NCBI GenBank assembly: GCA_038045945.1
Contig: JBBSXC010000003.1
Location: 212,134-236,133 of the forward strand
DNA length: 24,000 nucleotides
Origin: Nanobdellota archaeon
GTDB lineage: Archaea; Nanobdellota; Nanobdellia; Pacearchaeales; GW2011-AR1
Reading direction: 5' to 3'
The notes under the pieces are model-generated. The model did not search any database, was not told the DNA's origin, and saw only the letters and a program-made list of their open reading frames with translations. A program made the position numbers and the translations under genes. This document shows, piece after piece, positions 1 through 7,646 of the stretch; the stretch's first letter is position 1; every line of letters begins with the position of its first letter.

Positions 1-90
1 TTGAGTAGCAGGAATTCTAGTAATTACCTCATCGTCACTACATCTAACTTCTTTATCAGAAGTTACTCTAATTTCTAATTTATCAGTCAT
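1..90 (-). CDS. hypothetical protein, N-terminal fragment (gene runs off the left edge)
   Basis: ATG (minus) at 88-90 opens a frame reading MTDKLEIRVTSDKEVRCSDDEVITRIPATQ with no stop before position 1. A palindromic TTTATAAA at 115-122 lies 24 nt upstream, the spacing seen at other genes here. Too short for the ORF track. Confidence 0.35.
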   Translation of the reverse strand, partial: MTDKLEIRVTSDKEVRCSDDEVITRIPATQ

Positions 91-197
91 ATTATAACCA
101 CCAATTAATAGTGCTTTATAAATGTTTCCATAATGTTGTATCTTAAAAGTAGTTAAAAAATGACAAGATTTATTAACTTATACCGAGTAATAAAAAT

Positions 198-620
198 ATG
201 AGAAAATTGTTTAAGAATATAAAAAAATCTTTTTTAGAATATTTTCTTAGCCTAAGTGCAGGTGAATTTTATAAAAATCAGATGACTATTCGCGGAGAAT
301 TTGATAGTAACTATCGTAAAAAATTTAGTTCATTAGGAGACCTGAGAGGTCTTATAAGCATAGGTGACAACTATGTACCAAATATGCTAACACCATTATC
401 AGCGATTATTTCAGGAACGTCAATAATACAAAATGATACAGAGGGCATTACTAATGGAATAATGATACTTTTTACATCAGAATTAATAAGAAACGGTTTC
501 AGCCTTTATGAAAGAAGGTTCATACGTCCAGGGACAGAGAAAACAACTGAAGAAATGGTTAGAAAATTCAAGGAAGAAGAAAGATTAGCAAAAAATTATG
601 GGGATATAAGAAATGGGTAA
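198..620 (+). CDS. hypothetical protein, 140 aa, first gene of a six-gene operon
   Basis: ATG-initiated ORF whose stop overlaps the next gene start by 8 nt. Two weakly hydrophobic segments (NMLTPLSAIISGTSII, GITNGIMILFTSELI). No motif recognised. Confidence 0.6.
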   Translation: MRKLFKNIKKSFLEYFLSLSAGEFYKNQMTIRGEFDSNYRKKFSSLGDLRGLISIGDNYVPNMLTPLSAIISGTSIIQNDTEGITNGIMILFTSELIRNGFSLYERRFIRPGTEKTTEEMVRKFKEEERLAKNYGDIRNG

Positions 621-1113
621 GATAGTAGGTTTTATATTAGTGTTCTTATTAGGATTCTTAGTAGCAACAACTATTAATCACGTCTTTAGTTTAGAGAAGC
701 CATTCTCATTATCAGCTCTTACAACTTTCTCTAGCGGGATAACTGGTAACGCTATTGCTCCAGAAAGAATACTTAGCGCTGGAGACATAGAAGTTTACCC
801 TAACAAAATAGTTATTAATGTTGCTAACTCCTCACTCTCTCGTTACGCAGCTACCGGTAGCATGATCCCTACACTTAACGAGAACTCTAAAGGAATTAAA
901 ATACCAGTGACTTCCAAAAACCAACTCCACATTGGAGACATTGTAACTTACCAAGACGCTAATAGTAATGACCTAATTATTCACAGAATTATTGGTATCA
1001 GCTTTGACGAAAAAGGAGACTTCTACATAATAAAAGGAGATAACAACATAGTAAGTGACGGTAAAATACGCTTTGAACAAATAAAATACAAACTAGTAGT
1101 TTTAGTATACTAA
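613..1113 (+). CDS. signal peptidase I, archaeal/eukaryal Sec11-like type (S26B)
   Basis: N-terminal TM helix (IVGFILVFLLGFLVATTI). Conserved boxes in the right order: TGSMIPT (catalytic Ser), GDIVTY, IIHRIIG (His in place of the bacterial Lys), IKGDNN. Confidence 0.8.
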   Translation: MGKIVGFILVFLLGFLVATTINHVFSLEKPFSLSALTTFSSGITGNAIAPERILSAGDIEVYPNKIVINVANSSLSRYAATGSMIPTLNENSKGIKIPVTSKNQLHIGDIVTYQDANSNDLIIHRIIGISFDEKGDFYIIKGDNNIVSDGKIRFEQIKYKLVVLVY

Positions 1114-1114
1114 A

Positions 1115-1495
1115 ATGGCTTTAGATATTATAGCCGCTGGTGAAGTACTATCCCAAAAAGGGTTAGTAGAAAGGTATGAAGATGGTTTTAGACAGATTGA
1201 CAGCAGATGTTACGAAATTGCTTGCGAACTTAGTGAAATTCTAGGCTACAATTTTCCGCCTATTGAAGTAACTTTATCAATAGTCTTTAAAGAAAGAATT
1301 GCAAGATTAGGAATGAGGGATTCACCTTTAGAATCAATGCCAAAATCTGAAGGGAGATTAGTTGTAAGAGGAAAGACCGATTCAGTCACGGATCATGTTA
1401 CCTTAAAAGTTAATGAATTAGAATATAACTACGGCGTTGGAGACGCAGAAGGTTATATAGTAGAAATGGAGATACCTTTAACAAAGAAAAAATAA
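1115..1495 (+). CDS. hypothetical protein, 126 aa
   Basis: ATG ORF starting 1 nt after the preceding stop; the next gene starts 2 nt after its stop. No family recognised. Confidence 0.6.
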   Translation: MALDIIAAGEVLSQKGLVERYEDGFRQIDSRCYEIACELSEILGYNFPPIEVTLSIVFKERIARLGMRDSPLESMPKSEGRLVVRGKTDSVTDHVTLKVNELEYNYGVGDAEGYIVEMEIPLTKKK

Positions 1496-1497
1496 AA

Positions 1498-1983
1498 ATG
1501 ACTAACAAATACTTTTCTTTTGCTAAGAATTCTGTTATAACAATTGCTGCAAGTGTAGCAGCTGGCGCAGGGGCTTCAGAATTAGCAAGTTGCTTTACGG
1601 ATGATCCATCAAAAATTTCTATAGCAGCAACAGCATCACAATACGTTACGGGATGGGCAACATTCTTACCATTACAAGCATGGGACAGTAGAGAACAGTA
1701 CAGAACAACCAAAGGAAAATTCGACAAAAAAAGATTCTTATTAGACAATTTAAAATTTGGTATTGCCCTAACAGGACTAGACGTAGCGTATATTATTGGA
1801 AGACCTTTCTTACAAAACAATTTTTTAAATAACAGACTGAACGCTGCCGAGTCTTCTTTAAGAACAGATTACATCCTCGTACCAGCCTATACGATCGCCG
1901 CGATAGCAGCAGCAAAAATTACTGGAATACTAAAAACAAAAAGGGAAAATGAATCAATATTAGAAGAAGAGGTAAAAAAATGA
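1498..1983 (+). CDS. hypothetical membrane or secreted protein, 161 aa
   Basis: N-terminus resembles a signal peptide or anchor (MTNKYFSFAKNSVITIAASVAAGAGASELAS). Further hydrophobic stretches: FGIALTGLDVAYIIG and YILVPAYTIAAIAAAKITGIL. ATGA start/stop overlap with the next gene. Confidence 0.6.
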   Translation: MTNKYFSFAKNSVITIAASVAAGAGASELASCFTDDPSKISIAATASQYVTGWATFLPLQAWDSREQYRTTKGKFDKKRFLLDNLKFGIALTGLDVAYIIGRPFLQNNFLNNRLNAAESSLRTDYILVPAYTIAAIAAAKITGILKTKRENESILEEEVKK

Positions 1984-2552
1984 CTAATCATACACCAAAA
2001 CCCCACCACGTAACTATTGCTAGAGATAGAGAATATAGAACAGCAGTAGTAGTTGGCAAAATAAACGGCGATTTAAAAGAGCCGCAAAGTTATTTTTTAA
2101 GAGAAGGAATGGAAGTAGCACATAATGAATCATCAAAAAAGGTTTTTGGAAGGAAGGTTCATCATCATAACCTTGAAGCAATATCCCTTGATCCAATAAT
2201 GGTAATAAACTTATCATTCACTGAAGAATTAAGAGTTGCTTGTTTATTAATGAGCACTATGAGTAGAAATACAACAGTTGAAGACCTCTTAGGACTAGCG
2301 GATGATTTATCCATAGTGCCAGAAACCCGCACAAATACATACTATAACCCAAAACATGGAAAAATGTTAACAGATCATGCAATGAGTTTAAGTTTTGATT
2401 ATGACAAAATTTTAGAAGTCTCAAAAATGATGAATATCCCTTTAGAAATAGTTTTTGGGGCAGTAAGTTATAACAATTTCATTAAATCAAACGGAAGAGA
2501 AGAACAAAGCTACGTTGAAGTATTTAAAAAATTCGGGATTGAGTTTAGATAA
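1980..2552 (+). CDS. hypothetical protein, 190 aa, paralog A of a tandem pair
   Basis: ATG overlaps the upstream stop (ATGA). Shares collinear motifs with the next gene: HHVTIA/HHVHIA, EAISLDPIM/EAVSFNPIM, IPLEIVFGAVSY/VPLEKAFGTITY, KKFGIEF/RKFGIKN. Confidence 0.65.
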   Translation: MTNHTPKPHHVTIARDREYRTAVVVGKINGDLKEPQSYFLREGMEVAHNESSKKVFGRKVHHHNLEAISLDPIMVINLSFTEELRVACLLMSTMSRNTTVEDLLGLADDLSIVPETRTNTYYNPKHGKMLTDHAMSLSFDYDKILEVSKMMNIPLEIVFGAVSYNNFIKSNGREEQSYVEVFKKFGIEFR

Positions 2553-2556
2553 CAAA

Positions 2557-3090
2557 ATGGTTAATAAAGAACATCACGTGCACATAGCAAAACATGAACA
2601 GTTAGTTTTTGTTGGAATAGAAGGAAAATTGGATGAATCATTAGAAAAAACTCAAGAGGCATTAAAAAGTAAAGGCATGGAATCAGAAATATACCAAGAC
2701 CCGCAAAGGGGCAGAGGCATAGAAGCAGTATCTTTTAACCCAATAATGAGTGTTGGGATATTGCAAGCTGGTAGAAGAAATAATCATGCTTTAGTAATCA
2801 AGGCAATTAATAGGCCTGGACTCAGTACAGAAACTTTACAATTAGCAAGGGATATAAGAATAACCCCTTCTAGTGGTTACTCAAGGAACTTCTACGCAAA
2901 ACTGGAACAATTTAGCGACCAACTAGCTCTCGAGTACGAACTTATCAGTTTTATAGCGATTAAAGCAGGCGTCCCTTTAGAAAAAGCTTTTGGAACAATA
3001 ACATATGGCGGATTACTAGAAAGGTGCAGAGGATATACCTCTCACGAAGCTTTTGCTGAGTCTCTTAGAAAGTTTGGAATAAAAAATTAA
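2557..3090 (+). CDS. hypothetical protein, 177 aa, paralog B of a tandem pair
   Basis: The track ORF starts at 2515 inside the upstream gene. I prefer the in-frame ATG at 2557 (MVNKEHHVHIA), 4 nt after the upstream stop, because it aligns with the paralog A N-terminus. Confidence 0.65.
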   Translation: MVNKEHHVHIAKHEQLVFVGIEGKLDESLEKTQEALKSKGMESEIYQDPQRGRGIEAVSFNPIMSVGILQAGRRNNHALVIKAINRPGLSTETLQLARDIRITPSSGYSRNFYAKLEQFSDQLALEYELISFIAIKAGVPLEKAFGTITYGGLLERCRGYTSHEAFAESLRKFGIKN

Positions 3091-4056
3091 CTAACGTATT
3101 AAGTACGCTGCTATTAGCCCTAAAAATATTCCAGCGCTTATGAAAGGCATTGCTGGATAAAACTTACCTTTCTCGGAGTAATATAATAATAATGATAATG
3201 CTATAGTTGCACCAATAGTTACCATTAATGCAGGTAGTAAACCCCAAAGTGTTAATACAACACCAGCAGCAATAATTGGGAAAACTACGTCTCCCCCACC
3301 AAGAATTGCTAAGTGAACTTTAATACCTTTAATTTTTTGTTCTTTACCCTTAACGCTCAATTTTTGCGATTTAATCTTTTCAAGTTTTACTTTATCATCC
3401 TTTTTTAAGTATGGTACGAAGAATCCTGCGAAGAATTTTAGTTCATTAATTTGGTACTTAGCCATTTTTTGCATGAATCCTGAATGCCAAACAGCATACA
3501 TATCATAAGCTGAAATTATTACTAATAATGCGGCAACAGTCCAAATGTTAAGTATTGGAATAAAAGCGACGGATATTCCAGGATAAATTAATAATTCTGA
3601 CAAGTTGTGAGTTATCATCTCTCTCTTAAAAACTTTAAGGTAAGAGATAGGCAAGGCGAGAACAAAAGCTAATAATTCTGAGATTGTAGGATGAAAAAGA
3701 GGGATGTTTAAAACTTTTATTCCAAAAACAGGATTAATATTAACTATTATTATATTAAATACTAAACCAATAGCTAAACAAACAACTAAGAAGAACCATG
3801 ATCGTAAAAAGATAGCTGCTTTAAACTTCATTAAAAGAAAAATTATACTAACAGCTAAAATAAAAGAAAAAATTATGCTGCCCAAAGCCGGAGCGGCGTC
3901 TATTGGAGGAGGAGCCATACCATAAGGAACAGTGTTAGCTGTAAGGTTTCCAACAAGTATTGGAGTATTATAAGAATGAACAACGAATAAGCCGATAATT
4001 TGAGCTACTAAGAACATTCCAACAAGAATTAATGTGACTTTCCAATGATGCTTCAT
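3091..4056 (-). CDS. presenilin / signal-peptide-peptidase-like intramembrane aspartyl protease (A22 family)
   Basis: Polytopic membrane protein of 321 aa. Family signatures appear in order: YD (ISAYDMYAV), GxGD (LGGGDVVFP), PAL (LLPALMV). Confidence 0.8.
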   Translation of the reverse strand: MKHHWKVTLILVGMFLVAQIIGLFVVHSYNTPILVGNLTANTVPYGMAPPPIDAAPALGSIIFSFILAVSIIFLLMKFKAAIFLRSWFFLVVCLAIGLVFNIIIVNINPVFGIKVLNIPLFHPTISELLAFVLALPISYLKVFKREMITHNLSELLIYPGISVAFIPILNIWTVAALLVIISAYDMYAVWHSGFMQKMAKYQINELKFFAGFFVPYLKKDDKVKLEKIKSQKLSVKGKEQKIKGIKVHLAILGGGDVVFPIIAAGVVLTLWGLLPALMVTIGATIALSLLLYYSEKGKFYPAMPFISAGIFLGLIAAYLIR

Positions 4057-4114
4057 AAATTATTATTTTACCTCTTTGAATTAGATTATTATAATAAAAC
4101 ACACTTAATAAATG

Positions 4115-4864
4115 TTAAGAAACAAAAGAATCAGTACTAGTTTTTAGGAATCTATCAGTTTCGACTAATTTTACTCTTCTAAACAAATCAACAAGTTCTT
4201 CCAATCTAGAATCATAAGAAAAGGCATTTCTCAGACCACTAGAGTTCAAATCATAAAATTCCATCTCGCAACCACGCTTTTTAACACCAATAATAACTAC
4301 ATTAGAATTTGAAAAGTCAACACCTAAATCAACAACATCACCTTTAGAGCTTATGCCCAATGGAACATAACCCCCGCCTTGACATAATAAAAGATCCGTA
4401 GAATAACCAACACGACAAGTTTGATTGAAAATTCTTTTAACTCCATACCCAGAATCTGCTAATGGAATAACTCTTTTAAAGCTTGGATCAACAACTAAGG
4501 GGTTAGAAGAAGTAACTGAATCAATTATACTTCTGTGTTCACTAAAATGGTTAGGACCCATCAAGTTATGATTGCTAACTAATAAAAAACAATGAGTATC
4601 ATTATCACCAGGGAAGAATTCTGGTTCTGTACCTGTAGTTCTAATAACATGTAGGTTTGGATAAGTTCTTCTTATCTCTTTATAAGCAGCATTCATTAAT
4701 TCTCCACAAGAACCTACAGTGCTAGTATGACCGCGATTATAAAATGGGTAGAACTTAACCTGACCAGTTTGCCGGTTAGAAGTCGCTTTTATCCCATTAT
4801 GCAATATGTTGAACTGTCCGTATTCGTAAGAAGCTACCAAGTCGGTTAATTCTTTAGTATTCAT
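4115..4864 (-). CDS. hypothetical protein, 249 aa, possible papain-fold Cys-His-Asp enzyme (transglutaminase/NAT-like)
   Basis: ATG ORF with a TATA-like box in the 48-nt upstream gap. Candidate triad contexts: GSCGELMNAAY (C53), THCFLLV (H91), LVVDPSF (D126). The product call is inference. Confidence 0.55.
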   Translation of the reverse strand: MNTKELTDLVASYEYGQFNILHNGIKATSNRQTGQVKFYPFYNRGHTSTVGSCGELMNAAYKEIRRTYPNLHVIRTTGTEPEFFPGDNDTHCFLLVSNHNLMGPNHFSEHRSIIDSVTSSNPLVVDPSFKRVIPLADSGYGVKRIFNQTCRVGYSTDLLLCQGGGYVPLGISSKGDVVDLGVDFSNSNVVIIGVKKRGCEMEFYDLNSSGLRNAFSYDSRLEELVDLFRRVKLVETDRFLKTSTDSFVS

Positions 4865-4912
4865 AAAAAAAGGATAAAAGTAGGCTTATAAGGCTTTTAG
4901 ATGATGTATCAC

Positions 4913-6805
4913 TTATTTTAGTCTTATCGTTTCCAAATTTCTTGGAACTGTTGTTTCTACTCTGTGAAGTTTATGAATCGTACTAGCGAAGTCTAAACTT
5001 TTACTTTGTTCACCATGAACTATCATAACTCTTTTAGGTGCTGGAACACAATTATTAATGAATGCTACAAGTTGGTTTCTTAAAGAGTGGGATGAGAATC
5101 CTCCAATAGTGTTAACTTCTAAATTAATCTTAACTGATTCTTCCTTACCCTCAGCGTTAGGTATCGATAACTCTTTTTCACCATCCTGAATTCTCCTGCC
5201 AAGTCCCCCAACACCCTGATAACAAACGAATACTAACCCGTTCTTTTCGTTAGAAGCAAACTCTTTTAGGTATTCTACAGATGCTCCACCAACTAACATT
5301 CCACTAGTTGCCAGTACCACACAAGGCCCTCCCTCAATAACCTTTTTCCTTTCTTGAGGACTTCCAACTCTTTGGAATATTTCTGAAGTGAAAGGGTTTT
5401 GGTCAGCAAATACCATACTTCTAACGTTAGCTGATAAAAAATCAGGATAAGCCGTATGAACAGCGTTAATATCCCAAATCATACCATCAATGTAGATGGG
5501 AACTTTAGGTAAGGCTCCTCTACGCATAGCATCTTCTAAAATAAGCATTGTTTCTTGTGAACGACCAAGACCTAATTCAGGTATGAGTATTTTCCCCCCA
5601 CGATCAATAATTCTCTTAATAATAGAAGCTAACAAGTCTTCCTGCTCAGCATAAGGAGGATAACGATCGTCTTTACCACCGTATGTTGACTCAATCATTA
5701 TTGATTCAAGTCTTGGGAATGATGCTACAGCAGGATCAAGCAGTCTTGTTCTACCATACTTCATATCACCAGTATAAACAAAGTTGTGATTACCATTACC
5801 AATATTTAAGTGAAGCATAGCGCTTCCTAAAACGTGACCAGCATTATACATAGTTAACCTAATATCAGGGGTTATGTCAGTTACTTCATTATAGTTTAAG
5901 CATACTGAGTGACGCACCATTTCTTTAACGTCTTGAGGACCAAATAGAGGAGCCTCAGCTTTTTTGTAAGCTACTCCAACAAAGTCTAAGTTAAGTAATG
6001 CTAAAATATCTCTTGTTGGTTGAGTCATATAACAAGGACCAGTATAACCCATCTTGTACAAGTATGGTAATAATCCACCATGATCTATGTGAGCGTGACT
6101 TATAATTACTGCATCAAGATCACTTATTTTGAATTCAGGAATATCTAGGTATGGATACCTGTCTGATCCTTGACCAGCCACATCAACACCACAATCTAAT
6201 AAAACTTTTGATTCTGGCGTTTGAAGAAGGAAACATGATCTTCCAACTTGTCTAGATGCTCCTAAACATGTTACTCTAACCCAACTCTTAGACTTTTCAG
6301 GATTCCACTCCTTGTAAATCTTCTTCCCTAAAGAATTAAGGAACTTCTTCCTATAAGCACTATTCAAATAAAGTACTCTCCTAATATTATCCGTGATTTT
6401 AGAATTAATCGCTGGGCTTCTTTGAATTGTAGGAGTCCAAAAAGTTTTATCCTTAATGTCTTGCAAGATCATTCCTTGCTTACCAATAGCCAAGCCAGGC
6501 TTCTTAGCATCGATTATTAGTATGCTTCTAGCAGAATCAAACAATACTTCGCTTATTTCTGCTTCAACAGGAACAAGTTCTCTAACAATTTTCTCAGTAT
6601 CCTCTTGTTTAAGTAATAATGACTCAGCAGCTCGCAGCTCTATCCTTTTTTTAACCTTCTTAACAGTATCTCTAACTAAAGGGTCTCCAACTTTGAAGAA
6701 TTCTCTATCTTCCGTGTATAATACGATGTTAGCTCCTTCAAATGTTGCTTCACTTATCTTCTTTTCTGGAAATTCTGCCAGAATTGTTTTCAAAATATCT
6801 GCCAT
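4913..6805 (-). CDS. fttA: aCPSF1/FttA, KH-domain beta-CASP metallo-beta-lactamase ribonuclease (archaeal transcription termination factor)
   Basis: 630 aa. N-terminal KH region (KKPGLAIGKQG), then VTCLGASRQVGRSC, the HAHIDHGG metal motif and a beta-CASP C-terminal half ending IVHGE. Confidence 0.92.
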   Translation of the reverse strand: MADILKTILAEFPEKKISEATFEGANIVLYTEDREFFKVGDPLVRDTVKKVKKRIELRAAESLLLKQEDTEKIVRELVPVEAEISEVLFDSARSILIIDAKKPGLAIGKQGMILQDIKDKTFWTPTIQRSPAINSKITDNIRRVLYLNSAYRKKFLNSLGKKIYKEWNPEKSKSWVRVTCLGASRQVGRSCFLLQTPESKVLLDCGVDVAGQGSDRYPYLDIPEFKISDLDAVIISHAHIDHGGLLPYLYKMGYTGPCYMTQPTRDILALLNLDFVGVAYKKAEAPLFGPQDVKEMVRHSVCLNYNEVTDITPDIRLTMYNAGHVLGSAMLHLNIGNGNHNFVYTGDMKYGRTRLLDPAVASFPRLESIMIESTYGGKDDRYPPYAEQEDLLASIIKRIIDRGGKILIPELGLGRSQETMLILEDAMRRGALPKVPIYIDGMIWDINAVHTAYPDFLSANVRSMVFADQNPFTSEIFQRVGSPQERKKVIEGGPCVVLATSGMLVGGASVEYLKEFASNEKNGLVFVCYQGVGGLGRRIQDGEKELSIPNAEGKEESVKINLEVNTIGGFSSHSLRNQLVAFINNCVPAPKRVMIVHGEQSKSLDFASTIHKLHRVETTVPRNLETIRLK

Positions 6806-6854
6806 TTTACAATATAAAAATTATCATTTTTAAAATTATGATTTTTACGAAAAA

Positions 6855-7529
6855 CTAATCGTTTTCGTACTTAGGGTCTATTCTTTGCTTAACCACTTGT
6901 TTTATTCCATCTTTTGTTATTGAAAAAACGTCTATCCCATAACCACTACCAATATCCCTCTGAGTTGAGGACTTTATTGCTTCAAGCGCTAACTCTACTC
7001 CTTCCTTCATGCTTATGCCCTTCTTGTACTGTCTTTCTAATAAACCTAAAACGAATGGCATACCAGAACCAAAATTAGCATCAAAATCTTCTATTTTTTT
7101 AACACTGCCAGCCGGTTCAATACTGTATAATTCGCAAGTACCATCATCGTTATATCCGCCCATTAAGAATCCAGCCATTGTCCCTGACTGCCTAATACCA
7201 CGATATAATAAGTTTGCAAGTAAGTTAGCACCTTCCTTAACTGTTGGCCTAACTTTAGATCTTAATTCTTTAAGTCTTAATTCTGCTGAAAGTACTTTTT
7301 CAGTCATTTTTATATCAGAAACCATACCAGTACCAGATATTGCCAAATAACCATTTATAAGAATAGTTTTTTCAGAGTCCTTATTCATAACAATATTTCC
7401 AGCAGTGCTTTGCCTATCAGAAGCAACTACTACACCATCTTTACAAACTATCCCAAGAATTGTAGTACCACTCTTAAGAGCGTTCTTGCTTAACTCTTCG
7501 CTAGCGTTTTGATTCATGTTGTTATTCAT
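6855..7529 (-). CDS. psmB: proteasome subunit beta
   Basis: Propeptide followed by G|TTILGIVCKDGVVVASD, which would expose the catalytic N-terminal Thr. Length of 224 aa is typical. TATA-like TTTATAGA lies 27 nt upstream. Confidence 0.9.
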   Translation of the reverse strand: MNNNMNQNASEELSKNALKSGTTILGIVCKDGVVVASDRQSTAGNIVMNKDSEKTILINGYLAISGTGMVSDIKMTEKVLSAELRLKELRSKVRPTVKEGANLLANLLYRGIRQSGTMAGFLMGGYNDDGTCELYSIEPAGSVKKIEDFDANFGSGMPFVLGLLERQYKKGISMKEGVELALEAIKSSTQRDIGSGYGIDVFSITKDGIKQVVKQRIDPKYEND

Positions 7530-7646
7530 ATTTTTTTATTGATTAAGTAATTATTTTCTATAAAGAAGACCTCTAGTCATAAAAATAACTGAGAACTTAC
7601 ACTCTTAGATTAAAATAGAGATATATAAACTTTGTGGTAGAAAAAT

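Noticed and set aside
1115-1495. The 126-aa operon protein as a mini papain-fold enzyme (C32 in RCYEIACELSEIL, H94 in DHVTLKV, D110 in GVGD)
   Set aside because: The pattern is short and easily produced by chance, the protein is small for that fold, and I cannot test conservation. I left it as hypothetical.
1980-3090. The paralog pair as 2H phosphoesterase / LigT-like enzymes, because of HHVTIA
   Set aside because: The family needs two H-x-T/S-x motifs. Paralog B has HVHI instead of H-x-T, and no conserved second motif exists: HHHNLEAI in A aligns with GRGIEAV in B. The motif also sits too close to the N-terminus.
1410-7350. Track ORFs 1410-1820(-), 2020-2217(-), 3704-3925(+), 6456-6833(+), 7009-7350(+)
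   Set aside because: Each is nested antisense within a gene with clear family motifs or operon context. The translations are low-complexity, and none has promoter spacing.
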